DNA of 56,414 bases, filler included, from Trichosphaerium sp. ATCC 40318 (lineage: Eukaryota > Protista > Tubulinea), in assembly GCA_038496445.1 (NCBI GenBank). It is 2 parts of 2 records of this genome, joined end to end, with 100 filler letters (N's around TTAATTAATTAA, not from the genome) between each part and the next. Parts side by side here need not be neighbours in the genome. Positions count along the whole stretch, not along the records: positions 26,394 to 56,414 come from JALMLS010000588.1; 1 more part is not named here. One strand, given 5' to 3'. Below the pieces are notes generated by a model. It had not been told where the DNA came from, did no database searches, and saw only the letters and a program-made list of their open reading frames with translations. Positions within the stretch are counted from its first letter, which is position 1, and every line of letters starts with the position of its first letter. Positions 26,294-38,974 of the stretch are shown in pieces. A program made the position numbers and the translations under genes.

Positions 26294-26393
26294 NNNNNNN
26301 NNNNNNNNNNNNNNNNNNNNNNNNNNNNNNNNNNNNNTTAATTAATTAANNNNNNNNNNNNNNNNNNNNNNNNNNNNNNNNNNNNNNNNNNNN
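26294..26393. other. Assembly gap / contig-concatenation linker
   Basis: N44-TTAATTAATTAA-N44 places stop codons in all six frames. Adjacency of the two sides is not guaranteed. Confidence 0.97.
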
Positions 26394-27529
26394 AACTGAT
26401 CCGTGTTGGAATGCGGTACACTATCCGTTATAGCAGCCTCGTATGCTATTTTAATAGTTTATTAGCTCAACTGACAGGTACATATTAAATAAAACCTAAC
26501 ACAATCATAAAAATTAACGTACGGCCCATTGTAAGTATGAGAGATGTACTACAAAACAAGGTTACAAAAAATTCTCCAGAATTTTGAAAAGAGAACTCAA
26601 AAACTCAATTGTTATTTCGCTTACCATGTTATAAGGAATCCTATCATTAACATAAACGTATGACTTGCAAAAGCTAATACAACACCACCAATACTGAATA
26701 CAATGCTAAAAAAACGAGTGTTCGGAAAGAGAAAACAAACTATTTCAAAAAAACTTCGTCACGTGCCCTCCAACAATAATATACGGGCGTCTGTGTCCCT
26801 GTACAAAAAGACTGTAGTTAATATCCGGTCTCGTTCTGAGTAAAAAACGCGTGTGAGTACGTACAATGATTGTATTTGTTTTATCGGACAGTAGACTCCT
26901 TGAGAAACCGGCAGTGAGTTTTAGGAAGTAGTGAACCAAAAAAAAAGAGTATTTCGTACATTAGTGGTATTCCGAGTACTGTAAATATATTTGCTACTGT
27001 GACAGTGGTACCAAGAAGTTTCCCTTTATTCTTACCAGCGAAGTCTGAGAACTGACTACAGGAAAAACGTTGGTGAGCGAACATGTCAAAAAAATAAAAA
27101 AAAACAACAAAACAATTCTGGGTGACTTAGAAGTCAATAATTAAACTTCTAACTATCATAATCTTAACAAACTACTCATCGTTCATACATGACACGTCCT
27201 AATTTTCCCAGACGTGCCGTTATAAACGATATTTTGAACATTTGTTTTCGACAATTGTGATGATCAAAAAAAAGATTTCTGAAAAAGTACAACGGTATTA
27301 AAAGCGATACCTTGGTAGTAATACGATCATTATAAGCGTAGCAGAGCCCAACATCGAAAAATTAAGCGTCCTGATGAGGTCTTAAGGAATTTACGCTTGC
27401 CTTTTCTTACGAGAAGCCAATCATGCGTAAAACGCTCCACTTTTGTCTATGTACAGGTACGGAAGCGTAAACAGGTATTTCGTGCTGATCATCAACCAAA
27501 CACCTTTCTTCTTCGTTGTTTATGGACAT
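26394..27529 (-). CDS. MFS transporter (SLC45/sucrose-transporter-like), 3'-partial
   Basis: MSINNEEERCLV start; TM segments LGSATLIMIVLLP and VANIFTVLGIPL; loop motif LLSDKTNTII|GHRRPYIIVGG; then IVFSIGGVVLAFA and YEAAITDSVP at the contig edge. Confidence 0.7.
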
Positions 27530-28009
27530 TGGCTATTTAATAGCGTAATCCGAAGGTTTCCACTTTTTCGGCGCTATTGGCGTTGTGTACTGACCTGTCA
27601 CGACTTCTTCTGACTATTCTAGCTCTTAAATCCGCCCAACTAAGGTTTGGATACCTTGACAGGTTTTCAGTATGCTCATTGCTTCATGTCTTGCATTGGC
27701 ATCAAATAATATTGTCGTTTGGTAGCATACCGCCTCGCAACGATGCTATAACTATCAGGAGACTTCTACGAACAGTTGAGAAACCTACGAAAGCTGAATT
27801 ACATAGAAACACGCAAAACTATCGCCGTAGTGGCACGTTCTCTACTTTATGACATGGTAGGTACATGGCCTACAAAGAATGGTAGGTGGACCACAAAGAA
27901 CTAATAAATACAAGTCAAAGTTGGTCCTGGCACGTGGTGAAAAACCCAAATTATTCTATTTTCTTTTTTAACGTCTAAACACGTTTTTTTGTAAATCTAC
28001 AGTAACACC

Positions 28010-28332
28010 ATGGCGTCTAATTATTCTTATACAAACGGACGCTCTCAGAAGAATTCACCGGTTAATGTAAAGGAGGAAGAGCCTAAAATGGCACGTTTGA
28101 CGTCGTTTTTTTAGTGTTTAACAAAAAATGACTATTTTCACAGACAGTAGACTTGAGCGTTCTGGATCTTCAGTCTTTACGAGTATACAAGCGAAAGAAC
28201 AGGCTTAAAACTAGAAGTAACCCAACAAAGCAAGAATTAATAGATGCGGCCACGGAGCACTTTAGAACATGGGAAATGCCTTCTGACTACGAGGTGTTAG
28301 ATAATTTCCTGTACAACGCAAGGTTTACGTAA
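28010..28332 (+). CDS. SAP30: Sin3-associated protein SAP30-like (Sin3-binding domain only); not in the ORF track
   Basis: Two exons. Exon 2 reads VDLSVLDLQSLRVYKRKNRLKTRSNPTKQELIDAATEHFRTWEMPSDYEVLDNFLYNAR, matching the SAP30 pattern VDL..L...LRRYKR...L.T.....K.QL...V..HF. Confidence 0.8.
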
Positions 28333-28695
28333 ACAACGTAACACACGTGTCTATTTTTTCGTCCGATTTCAAAAAGAAGAAGTACACGTGATACTTTAGA
28401 AAACACATGTTCATACTCACTTTAATAATGTACTAGATATTATTAATAAATAGTGTTCAACACCAGATAGCGAATGCATAAAAAAACCTAAAGTCTTGTA
28501 GATTGTGAAGCTTGTTACATGCGATAGTGTCGGTAGTACGTTTTGGCCTATTTAACAGACCCGTTACTGTGGTCCCAAGCCATTACCCAGCAACTTATTG
28601 CACAAAGTGGGGCACTGTCGCTCTATGGTATTGCAGACAATCACAAGTTTAAAATTATGAGTGTCTAGAACAACCGTAGCTTTTTTATTTACAGT

Positions 28696-30092
28696 TTACG
28701 GTGTATCGTGAATAAGAGCACCTTCAGTAGCAATGTGACTCTCTATAAACTTAATCACAATGTCACAAGCTTGATCATAGTCCAAGTATGGAGGCTGAGA
28801 TGGGTCGTTATTACACTGTGTTGCTTCGGGTACCTACAAAACAAGTCAGTTTAAACAACTTAAATCAGAATAGTATTTCACGGTTAACGTGATTTCTGCA
28901 CGTTTTGTATAAACGTCTCCATACAATTATTGTTTTGAATCCATGTTGTCTTGCTTTCATCATACCAGCAGGTCTGTTTGTTACACAGTAGTTTGATTGA
29001 ATACCAACATAAATGATAGTATCGATATCTAGAAAAAAGTTAGCATAGATGACCATGTTCATTGATGTACATACTGAGCTTATTCAATAAACAAAACAAT
29101 TCTGTTGGATTATCAGGGTTGACTAAAATTGCGTTTAACAACATGTATCACTCTGTGTTTGTTGTACCCATAAGATCATATTTATCAATGTAGATATCTG
29201 GATTAATGCGTGTCCATACAGCCTTTGGCACAGCACCACTAATGCATCCTGTAAGCTTAAATGCAGGTTGTTTTGGTGGAGTCCATCTTTAAATATGAAG
29301 GTTAGAATGGTTTATATCAATGCAATGGTGTTCACATACATGATATTATTCTTGTTAGCTTTTTCTGATGTACAATTTGTGGTAAGCTGATTTGTACGAA
29401 GACGAGCAGGGTAATCTTTGTAGAAATTGATGATATCAGCAGGTGCATGGATAACTTGCATTCCTATCAATAAGTAAGATACAATTCCTCTGCAAACCAG
29501 AGGCTAAACTGAGCTAATGTACCTTTTGCTCTTGCTGCATTGAGAGTCGTGTTTACAATTGGAGCAAGTGCCAGAGCTCTTGCTTTATCTACAGGGCACC
29601 AATGATTATCCCACATATCGATTGAAACCACTGCAGTTCTAGCAGGGTCAAGGGAAACCTACAAACAGGTGTTAATAAAATCTATTGATAGATACATTCT
29701 ATTGAATATGGAGAACTTTGGAGAATGGATACAAAAATGTCACGTGCCGTCTTTATTATTGTTTTATAAAATGGTAATGTTGCATCTAGAATCAATTTAC
29801 GTTGTTGAAGCACTACCTCATTCGATTCTTGACATAAAGCACAATTTGAAGAATTGAAATCAAAGTGAGGAGGCGTGTAGCCTTTTTTGTTGTCAGAGTA
29901 CTCATAGTATTCGTGCGCTATAGGGTTGCGCTCTTCTGAATGCCTTCGTTCTATAACCAGAGCTACACTTAAAACAGCAGCACATAGCAACGCCATTAGT
30001 GATATTCCAAGGATATATGACTTTAGTGTAGGCATAGTGCTTGTAGTGTTCGTATTACTATGAAATGAATCAGCCCGCAAACTGCGGTACAT
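28696..30092 (-). CDS. Type II membrane isochorismatase-like cysteine hydrolase, paralog 1
   Basis: N-terminal TM anchor; RTAVVSIDMWDNHWC, ALAPIVNTTLNAARAK|GMQVIHAPADIINFYKDYPAR, VWTRINPDI, IIYVGIQSNYCVTNRPAGM and PPYLDYDQACDIVIKFIESH. Confidence 0.75.
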
Positions 30093-30819
30093 GGTTAAGT
30101 CATGTGTTCCGGAAGTCTCGTGTCCAGAAAATAGTAGAATTCTTGTTTTGCCACTAAAATAACCACTAGTACATGTGTAGTGTAGGTATACTTCTCCTGC
30201 AGAAGAATTGTCTAACTTCTAAACAAGTACTAATCATGGGACTGTAAATTCCGGTAGTTTCTTCTAACACGTTTTGAACAACACGTGATTTGTTTTATTC
30301 TGTTTGAAAACCTCATTAAACCGGCACGAGGAATAACCATACTCCGAAAAGACACGAAACAATGTACAAAATTAAACACCATTCTCCACAACAAGAGTTG
30401 GTACGTAGTTAATTAGTATTGATACCAGTCGCCCGCAGAAATTAAGGCCGACGTTTTCGGCCTACGTTCTCACATTTCCTACAATTGAACTTTTCTCTTC
30501 TCTATAATCATCCGACATATCCTTTCATTTATCTCCTGTCATAGTGTACAATTCAGGTTTACATCAAACACATGTAGGGTTTCATTTAAAACAGGGACAG
30601 ATCTTTTATTTCAAATGCAGAAAAGGTGAACAATGCAATACACTTCAGGTTTACAGTAGCCACATGTGGTAGTCGTTTTTATTTTGTGATTATGATAGCC
30701 CTTGGTATATGGAGTAAGATACTCCTTTAGCACCAACAGTTCTTTTGGTAATATAATACATTTGGACACATTGGAACACCAACATCAGATACAACATTTG
30801 TTTTGCAAAGGTATTTTTT

Positions 30820-32184
30820 TTAAATAAGAGCGCCTTCAGTAGCAATATGACTCTCTATAAACTTGATCACAATGTCACAAGCTTGATCATAGTCCAAGTA
30901 TGGAGGCTGAGATGGGTCGTTATTACACTGTGTTGCTTCGGGTACCTACAAAACAAGTCAGTTTAAACAACTTAAATCATAACAGTATTTCACGGTTAAC
31001 GTGATTTCTGCACGTTTTGTATAATCCATACAATTATTGTTTTGAATCCATGTTGTCTTGCTTTCATCATACCAGCAGGTCTGTTTGTTACACAGTAGTT
31101 TGATTGAATACCAACATAAATGATAGTATCGATATCTAGAAAAACAGTAAGCATAGATGACCATGTTCACTGATGTACATACTGAGCTTATTCAATAAAC
31201 AAAACAATTCTGTTGGATTATCAGGGTTGACTAAAATTGCGTTTAACAACATGTATCACTCTGTGTTTGTTGTACCCATAAGATCATATTTATCAATGTA
31301 GATATCTGGATTAATGCGTGTCCATACGGCCTTTGGTACTACGTCATTAATACATTTTGTAAGCTTAAATGCAGGTTGTTTTGGTGGATTCCATCTTTAA
31401 ATATGAAGGTTAGAACAGTTTATATCAAAAGCAATGGTGTTCACATACATGATATTATTCTGGTTAGCTTTTTCTGATGTACAGTATCTGGTGAGCCACT
31501 TTGTACGAAGACGAGCAGGGTAATCTTTGTAGAAATTGATGATATCAGCAGGTGCATGGATAACTTGCATTCCTATCAACAAGCAAGATCCATTTAGTAG
31601 ACTGTAGTTAAAACTCCTTTGCGAAACGGGAGCTGAAATAAGTAGAAATATGTACCTTTCGCTCTTGCTGCATTGAGAGTCGTGTTTACAATTGGGGCAA
31701 GTGCCAGAGCTCTTGCTTTGTCTACAGGGCACCAATGATTATCCCACATATCGATTGAAACCACCGCAGTTTTAGCCGGATCAAGGGAACCCTAACAAGT
31801 GTTAATAGAATCACATTGATTTACAGAATTTTGGAGAATAAAAATGTCACGTGCCTTCTTTATTATTGTTTTATAAAATGGTAATGTTGCATCTCGAATC
31901 AATTTACGTTGTTGAAGCACTACCTCACTCGATTCTTGACATAAAGCACAATTTGAAGAATTGAAATCAAAGTGAGGTGCCGTGTAGCCTGTTCTGTTGT
32001 CAAAGTACTCATAGTACTTGTGCGCTGTAGGGTTTTGCTCTTGAGAATACACTGTAGGGTTCTCTCTGAAATGCCTTGGTTCTATCACTAGAACTACGCA
32101 AATCACAGCAGCGCATAGTATTACAAGTAGTGATATCCCAAGGATATAAGACTTTAGTGTAGGTGTACCAGTAGTGTTTTTCAT
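30820..32184 (-). CDS. Type II membrane isochorismatase-like cysteine hydrolase, paralog 2
   Basis: Same motifs and intron positions; large parts, including introns, are near-identical to paralog 1. Confidence 0.75.
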
Positions 32185-35051
32185 GGTAACGAAATACAAA
32201 GTGCCCGCAAACTGCGGAACTGGTTAAGGCATGTGTTCCGAAAATGTATTGTAGAATTCTTATTTCTCCAATGTACTCCCGCTTACTCCTTGTTAGTTCT
32301 TCTCATTTAAAGCAGAACGATGTGAATTTGTTTTGAAACCCATGGCACCAAACCCGATACCCGCGCTAGCGGCGGTGATTTTGTATTTTGAAATTGTTTG
32401 GGGTTCCCAATACGACGGACTATCTATTCCGACAAGGAATAATCTTCACTATCTCGCTATTCCGCTTCTACAAAAAAAAACCACCCAAAATGTCGCTATC
32501 TAACTAGCTACCATCCCTTTCTGCTACGCTTTCAAAACATGTATGCGGGTGAAAAGTATGGAAAAAGATCTTTTAATATTTAGTGTAGTAGTTGTATTGT
32601 ATGTAAATACCAACATCGAGCGATAAACGCTAGCTAAGGTGTAGAAACTTGAAGCCTTTCGAAATACAAAAATTGCTACGTTTTTCATTTAGAGATGTTG
32701 TTGGAAAACGTAATTTCCGTTTTAAATGATAAACACGAAAAATATCAAGAATTACGTAAAATCAAAAACTGTTAATCCTGCATAATTGAAATAAATCGGA
32801 AAAAAACGCAGATATGTGAAAAATGATTCACTTCTGAAAATACTGTTATTTCCATACTGTTGCTCTCCACTTGGCCATGGCGGGCGTCGAACCACTAACC
32901 CATGCATGGAGAGTGTGCACTGTAGCCTACTTTGCAACTTGCGCCTTTTTCTTTAAACAATATGTTTACACCATGTATGTATAAACTTTGTTAGGTGGAG
33001 TGGTGGAAAGAGGCTTCATGTGCAACGCAAGTAGTCACAAGTAACCAAGTGAATGTGACACTCTAAGACTATGTATACTTTGACTTGAAGGGCAATATAA
33101 GCAGTAGCTCATTTGAACAGCCGCCAAAGATAGTCAAAAAAAAGACAAAAAAAAAAAGAAAATGGTAAGAAAAGTTTGCTGGTCTGATAATTTTTTTGTT
33201 TTAATACTTTTTTTGGTGCCAACAGTTTTTTACAAATATTTCAAAGTTATTATTGTTGAAACTGTTTTTGGTACACATATTTCATTTTTTTACGCGATTT
33301 ACAAAAAAAACAAAAAAAACAAAAAAGTTGCAATTCACGTAAATTCCATTTCCCAACAACATCTCTTTTCAAAATCACGTGCTCTGACGACCGTGAACCA
33401 ATAAAGGTCATATAGTTATTCACAAAAAATTGCGCGCTAACAGTTAGATATTACCCAATTGTTTTAGGGCAGTACACAAAAGATATATAGCGCTAGCGGT
33501 GCACACAAAATCGCAGGGATTTTTGGGACAGTCACTACGTAGTTCCTTTTATGCCGTATTGCGCGCCACCCACATGTAGCGTTAAAGTTCGGTTTCGGGT
33601 TTGTGAGCAAGTTGGGGACCCACTAGAAGCTAATGTCTAGATGATTATGTGAGTGGAACTAAATTGACGCATACGAGTTCTTGGTGTCATGGCAACTGAG
33701 CAAGGGTAACGTCAAATGTAACCCCATTGAAGAGGGACCCAAGCTTTGTAAAGAGCTGTAACTACAAGTTAGACAATGCCATGAAGACGGTAGCGCTTAG
33801 CGGTGAGTGGTCGGTATTGAAGAAGTGTAAGAACAGATAACGTGGTACCTAAACGGTATTGGTGGAGCACAGGGTCTTTAACCTAGAAACAGGCATGCGT
33901 ACGTGCCTAGACTCCATAGATTTATCACCACTACGCCGTTTTTGTGAACAAAACTGGTTTTAGGTGGCGACATTATGCCAGCAATACAAAGTGCTTTCGA
34001 AAACTCAAATTCTTTTCACAAGTTAAACAATTGTAAGAATTTATACTAACCACATAGATTGATAAGATTTGTTATGTAGATATTTGTATGCACTCATGCA
34101 ATGTCTTGGTTGGAATATCCAATTGTTAGATCTAACATACAAGGTACGTAAAAGAAGGGAGGCACACAAAATCACATTCGGGATAAGTGTCTATGATGTT
34201 AGTGCGAAACACCAGATGTTGCCGTAGTTTCTATGTGCGTAAATAGAGTGCTATACCTTTGGCTCTTGGTCCCCACGTGTGTTTGAGATGGGTTTGGGAA
34301 CTCTTTGGTGTACCCACAAGAAGCGTTAAGGTGATTTATTACAAACATTACTCTAGAGGTGCTTCACAAAAGTATTGACAAAATTGCATGTGCATTTTTT
34401 TTATTTAATGCAGGATCACGGTAACTACGACCAGTTTTAATTTGCCTTTGTTGTAAGAGCAATAACTAATTAAATATCCGGTGCCTGGACTCCATAGATT
34501 TGTCAACAGTGCGCCATTTTAATTTCCCGAATATTTTATTTTTATTTTCCGACTATTTTATTTTAATTTACCAGTCTGTTGTACTCACAAGTTAGATAAA
34601 TGCAAGCTATTTTATGTAACTTTGTTGTGACTCGTAAATCCTATTCACAAAACATTGCAGTAATCGCCTACATAAATTTCAGGCGACATTTTATGCACGT
34701 TTATCTACTCATTAGGATTGAACAACAAAAATCTTTAGCATTGATTAACTGCTCACCTTACTTTTGAACAATTGAGTTTTCGCGTGTTTAAACAGTATCA
34801 TGCGCAATTTAGTATTTCCTAATATTCTGTAACAGATCTTTTATTTCAATCGTGCAGAAAAGGTGAACAATGCAATACACTTCAGGTTTACAGTAACCAC
34901 ATGTGGTAGTCTTTTTTATTTTGTGATTACGATACCCCTTGGCGTATGGAGTAAGGTACTCCTTAAGCACTAACGTTCTTTTGGTAAATATAATACATTA
35001 GGTCACATCAGATAAACTAGCTTTGCCAGGATTCGTCAACCAAAGAGGTTT

Positions 35052-36461
35052 TTATGTGGGATTAATAAGAGAGCCTTCAGTAGCAATATGACTCTCTATA
35101 AACTTGATCACAATATCACAAGCTTGATCATAGTTCAAGTATGGAGGTTCAGATGGGTCGTTATTACACTGTGTCGCTTGAGGTACCTACACAACAAGTC
35201 AGTTTAAAATAATAAAAAAATGAGAAAAGCAAATTATATCACGTGATTTCCCCATTTCCACAAAACGGTCTCCGTACAATTATTGTTTTGAATCCATATT
35301 TTCTCGCTTTCATCATACCAGCAGGTCTGTTTGTTACACAATAGTTTGATTGAATACCAACATAAATGATAGTATCGATATCTAGAAAAAAACTAAGCAC
35401 AGGCAATGATAGTGGTTTGGGAATAAACTGTCAAATAAATTTACTTTGTTCGTTTAACCCGAGGTAAGAATGCTGGAGCATTACATTTATTGACAGTACG
35501 TACTTAGCTTATGTAGCAAACAAAACATCTCAGTTTTTCCATCAGGATTAACTAAGAATAGTGTTAAAACTGATTATAATACTACTGCTTACCCATTAAG
35601 TCATAATCATCAATGTAGATATCTGGATTAATTCGTGTCCACACCAACCTTGCCTTAGCTCCTTCGTTGGGGCAATTTGTAAGTTTGTAAGCAGGTAATT
35701 TTGGTGGGTTCCATCTTCGAAGAAATCATTAGAATATATCCACATCAACTGGAGTGTAGCGAGAAGTGTTGCTATAACGTACTTTATTATATTTTTTTTT
35801 AATTCTTTTGTTGAACAATGAAGGCTAAGTCTACGTGTACGTTTGCGAGCGGGATGATCTTTATAGAAACCTAGAACATCAGCAGGAGCGTGTACGATTT
35901 GCATTCCTATCAAACAAGAAATTAGTATTTTGGACATTTATTTCTTCCGAGCATCGCTAAAACTGAAATAAGTAGATATGTGTACCTCTCGCTCTTGCTG
36001 CGTTGAGAGTAATATTTACAATTGGAGCAAGCGCCATAGCCCTTGCTTTATCTACAGGGCACCAATGATTGTCCCACATGTCGATTGAAACCACTGCAGT
36101 TTTAGCAGGGTTATAAGTAGCCTACTACGTGTTAGTAGAAGCGAAAACGATTTCATTCGGAGTATTAGTTACTTACCGATTCTAAAATTGTTTTATAGTA
36201 AGGCTTAGGACCGTCTGTCATCAGTTTACGTGTTCTCAGTAGAACCTCATTTGGTTCCCTGCACAGCACGCAGTTCGATTCGTCAATTTCAACTTCAGGT
36301 GTGCTGGTGCCTCTAGTTTCGACGTATTCATAGTATACAAGGGCCTTCTTGCTTGATTGTGAGGGTGTAGTAAGAAGAAGAGTGATACAAAATGTGAGGA
36401 CACACGACACTGCGAATGATATTCCCAGTTTTACTATCATGCTCATAGGTTGGGCTTTCAC
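35052..36461 (-). CDS. Type II membrane isochorismatase-like cysteine hydrolase, paralog 3 (more divergent)
   Basis: TM anchor; KTAVVSIDMWDNHWC, GMQIVHAPADVLGFYKDHPAR, VWTRINPDI and VGIQSNYCVTNRPAG. Confidence 0.75.
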
Positions 36462-37056
36462 TTCAGCAGATATATTTTAAGATTATTTTTTTAGTGTCCA
36501 TACTTAAAGTATTTGAGGTCCGTTAACAAAGCTAACACCACAGTGTTTAGAAGCAACGTTTCCAGTGCCCCCTTCGCCACGTATACACAGTGGTCAAACG
36601 AGAAAATATCCATTTGTATTACGTCATTGTCGGAATTTTCCTCCTGATATTAAAGCATCGATATAAAGCTTGTAGTTAGTCTAAAGTTTATCCCGACATT
36701 TGCGGGCATAATTGGGTACACATGAAAAAAATCCAAGTTGTTTTTATAGTATGGCTTTCCTTACGCTCAGCCATCGTATTATTTTCACGTGGGCGCCCGA
36801 TGCACCAATCTTTTATTTTTTGTGACACTGATTATAATCTCCACGCCAACGGAGTGCGGTACCTGTAGACCAACAGTTCTTTGATAAATTTAATCTCCTA
36901 GAAGATAACAAAAAAAAACCAATAGATTACAGTAACGAATAGCAATATTGACCAATCTATTGCAAAAACGTACATACATAGTGTCTAGAAGCCATTACAA
37001 ATACAATAGCATCGTTTTATAACAATCTATTGTATTCCTTTAGTCAAAACAACGCA

Positions 37057-37512
37057 AAACGCCTTATCCGAGCATCAAACCGCGTAGGAACACCGTCTGA
37101 AGTGCTAAAAATCCAATAGCTGCTACAACATTTCTTAAGCTAACGGACAGTCTAAAAACGCCCTAATAATGCTTTCATACGTAGTATTTAACGGAAAGGG
37201 TCCCACAGGCCAAATAAAGTACAGCCGAAGAGACTTGCTAAAACTGGCATGAAGACACTTTTAATTGAGTAAACCCACCCTTCATTCATGCTAAACACTT
37301 ATCCCAATATCATATAACAAATGATATGAAAAACAATCTGGTAAAAAAGCGACAATCCAAAAACAAAGACAACTTCCAGAATGTTGGTATACAATTCCCA
37401 TTATTTTCTTTAGATTGTCACTTTCCCTTAGTGTCCAATCAATGCCATGAATTTCGTGGCAGATGACCTTTGATCCATAGGGTTTTATGTGAGATTTTGG
37501 ACAATCTGCCAC
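37057..37512 (-). pseudogene. Degraded multi-pass membrane protein fragment
   Basis: Hydrophobic frame (LEVVFVFGLSLFYQIVFHIICYMILG*, VFMPVLASLFGCTLFGLW, VVAAIGFLALQTVFL) broken by stops or frameshifts. Confidence 0.3.
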
Positions 37513-37929
37513 GAAACTTAAGGATGTAAAGTATATTCTTTACAACAAAGTTCAGTTTTACTTTAAACACGTGTTTTGTAACACCGTTTTGATGTCACGT
37601 GGGGTTTTTTTTCAATCAATGAAAACAAATTATCATTCCATTGTTTTGAACACCTTCACATAACAAACTATCAATAACCAAACAAGAATTTGTAAAAGCG
37701 GAAAAGAACTAGACAAAAAACCTCTCAATAAACTTGAATACTGCTACGAAAAGAGAAAGAGCTACGCCACATGTAAGGCCGCAATACCGAGTGTTTACAA
37801 TGCAATGTGTAGAATATGCTGTAGCGAAACTAGCATCCTTACAAGTGTTGATTTGGCTTACATTTCAAAAAACAGCCTTTGTTGCAAAGTCAAGCCAAAC
37901 AACAGTTAAGCCACAAACTGCGATTGAAT

Positions 37930-38612
37930 CAAGCATTTATACCTAGAACCGGCTGGTGTTCACACGATACACTTATCTTACACTGAAGTTTCAAATGTAG
38001 GTGTTATAGCATTGCAGGGGTACATACGATATACTTAGGTGACACCTTAGTTACAGATGAGGCTATTAAAGAGCTTGCGGGGGTACACACAATAAGTTTG
38101 TTCCCATCATTCAGCAGCGCAAGTAACTGATGAAGGAATAACAGCATTGGCCCGTGTTCATAAAATATACTTGAATATGAATTTGCACGTGACTGATATG
38201 GGAATCACAGCATTAGCAGGTGTCCACACAATATCTTTATCGCAAACGCGAGTAACAGATGAGGTTAAAGCTTTAGCTGGTGTGCATGCAATAGATCTAA
38301 AGCAAATGCAAACACATCACAGATGAAGGCGTTAAAGCGCTTGTGGGCGTTCATACCATTCTTCTCTGGGAAACAAAGGTTACAGATGAAGGCATAAAGG
38401 CACTGGTAGGAGTAAATGGCATAGATGTTCGTGGCACTTTAGTTACAGTTGAAGGGATCAGAGTACTAACAAGTCTTAAAGTACTTAACATGGATGGAGA
38501 ATACTTAGCCACGATAAAGTTATTGTGTCCGTGGATAGAAAAATATGTACAAATATATTATGCTGATTGTATGGACATGATATTCCATTGGCATTTGAGT
38601 GGTATTAAATAA
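37930..38612 (+). pseudogene. Frameshifted LRR gene with ~21-aa GVHTIxLxxTxVTDEGIKALx repeats
   Basis: Repeated gttcacacgata/gtacacacaata/gtccacacaata...gtNacWgatgaRg units in shifting frames; last open part is 38343-38612. Same repeat type as 8768-9637. Confidence 0.7.
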
Positions 38613-38974
38613 ATTCCGTTTTTTGTAGTTTCTGGCCAGAAAGTCAAGCGGTTTCAACTGTTCATGCTCATATCGGCTTGCATAGTAATGCTTACTTTAT
38701 TTAGTGGTAAATACGCCAATGAAGTCAGCTAGCATTAAGGTAACACATCAAAGACGAGCTTATCTGTAGCATCTCCATCATCAATTTTAAAAGAACCAGC
38801 TGATTCATTGCATTACGCCTGTATCACTACACATTGGAAAAAGCTTATGTGCACGTTGTCATGGCTCGCTTAGTTAAAGAAATACCATCCATTATTTCAT
38901 GGTTTTCATTTGCAACGTTATGAAGTTAAGACACAGTTACCTCTCTAAACAAAACAAAAAATTACATCTTTTTA

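Noticed and set aside
26338-26349. TTAATTAATTAA palindrome
   Set aside because: Synthetic six-frame stop linker centred in Ns.
30444-30462. Hairpin aggccga-cgttt-tcggcct as a Helitron 3' end
   Set aside because: Only a 7-bp stem; no second copy, 5' TC end or Rep/helicase to support it.
30612-30815. Cys-rich reading TTCGYCKPEVYCIVHLFC after paralogs 2 and 3
   Set aside because: Lies beyond stops at homologous positions in all three paralogs; treated as duplicated 3' flank.
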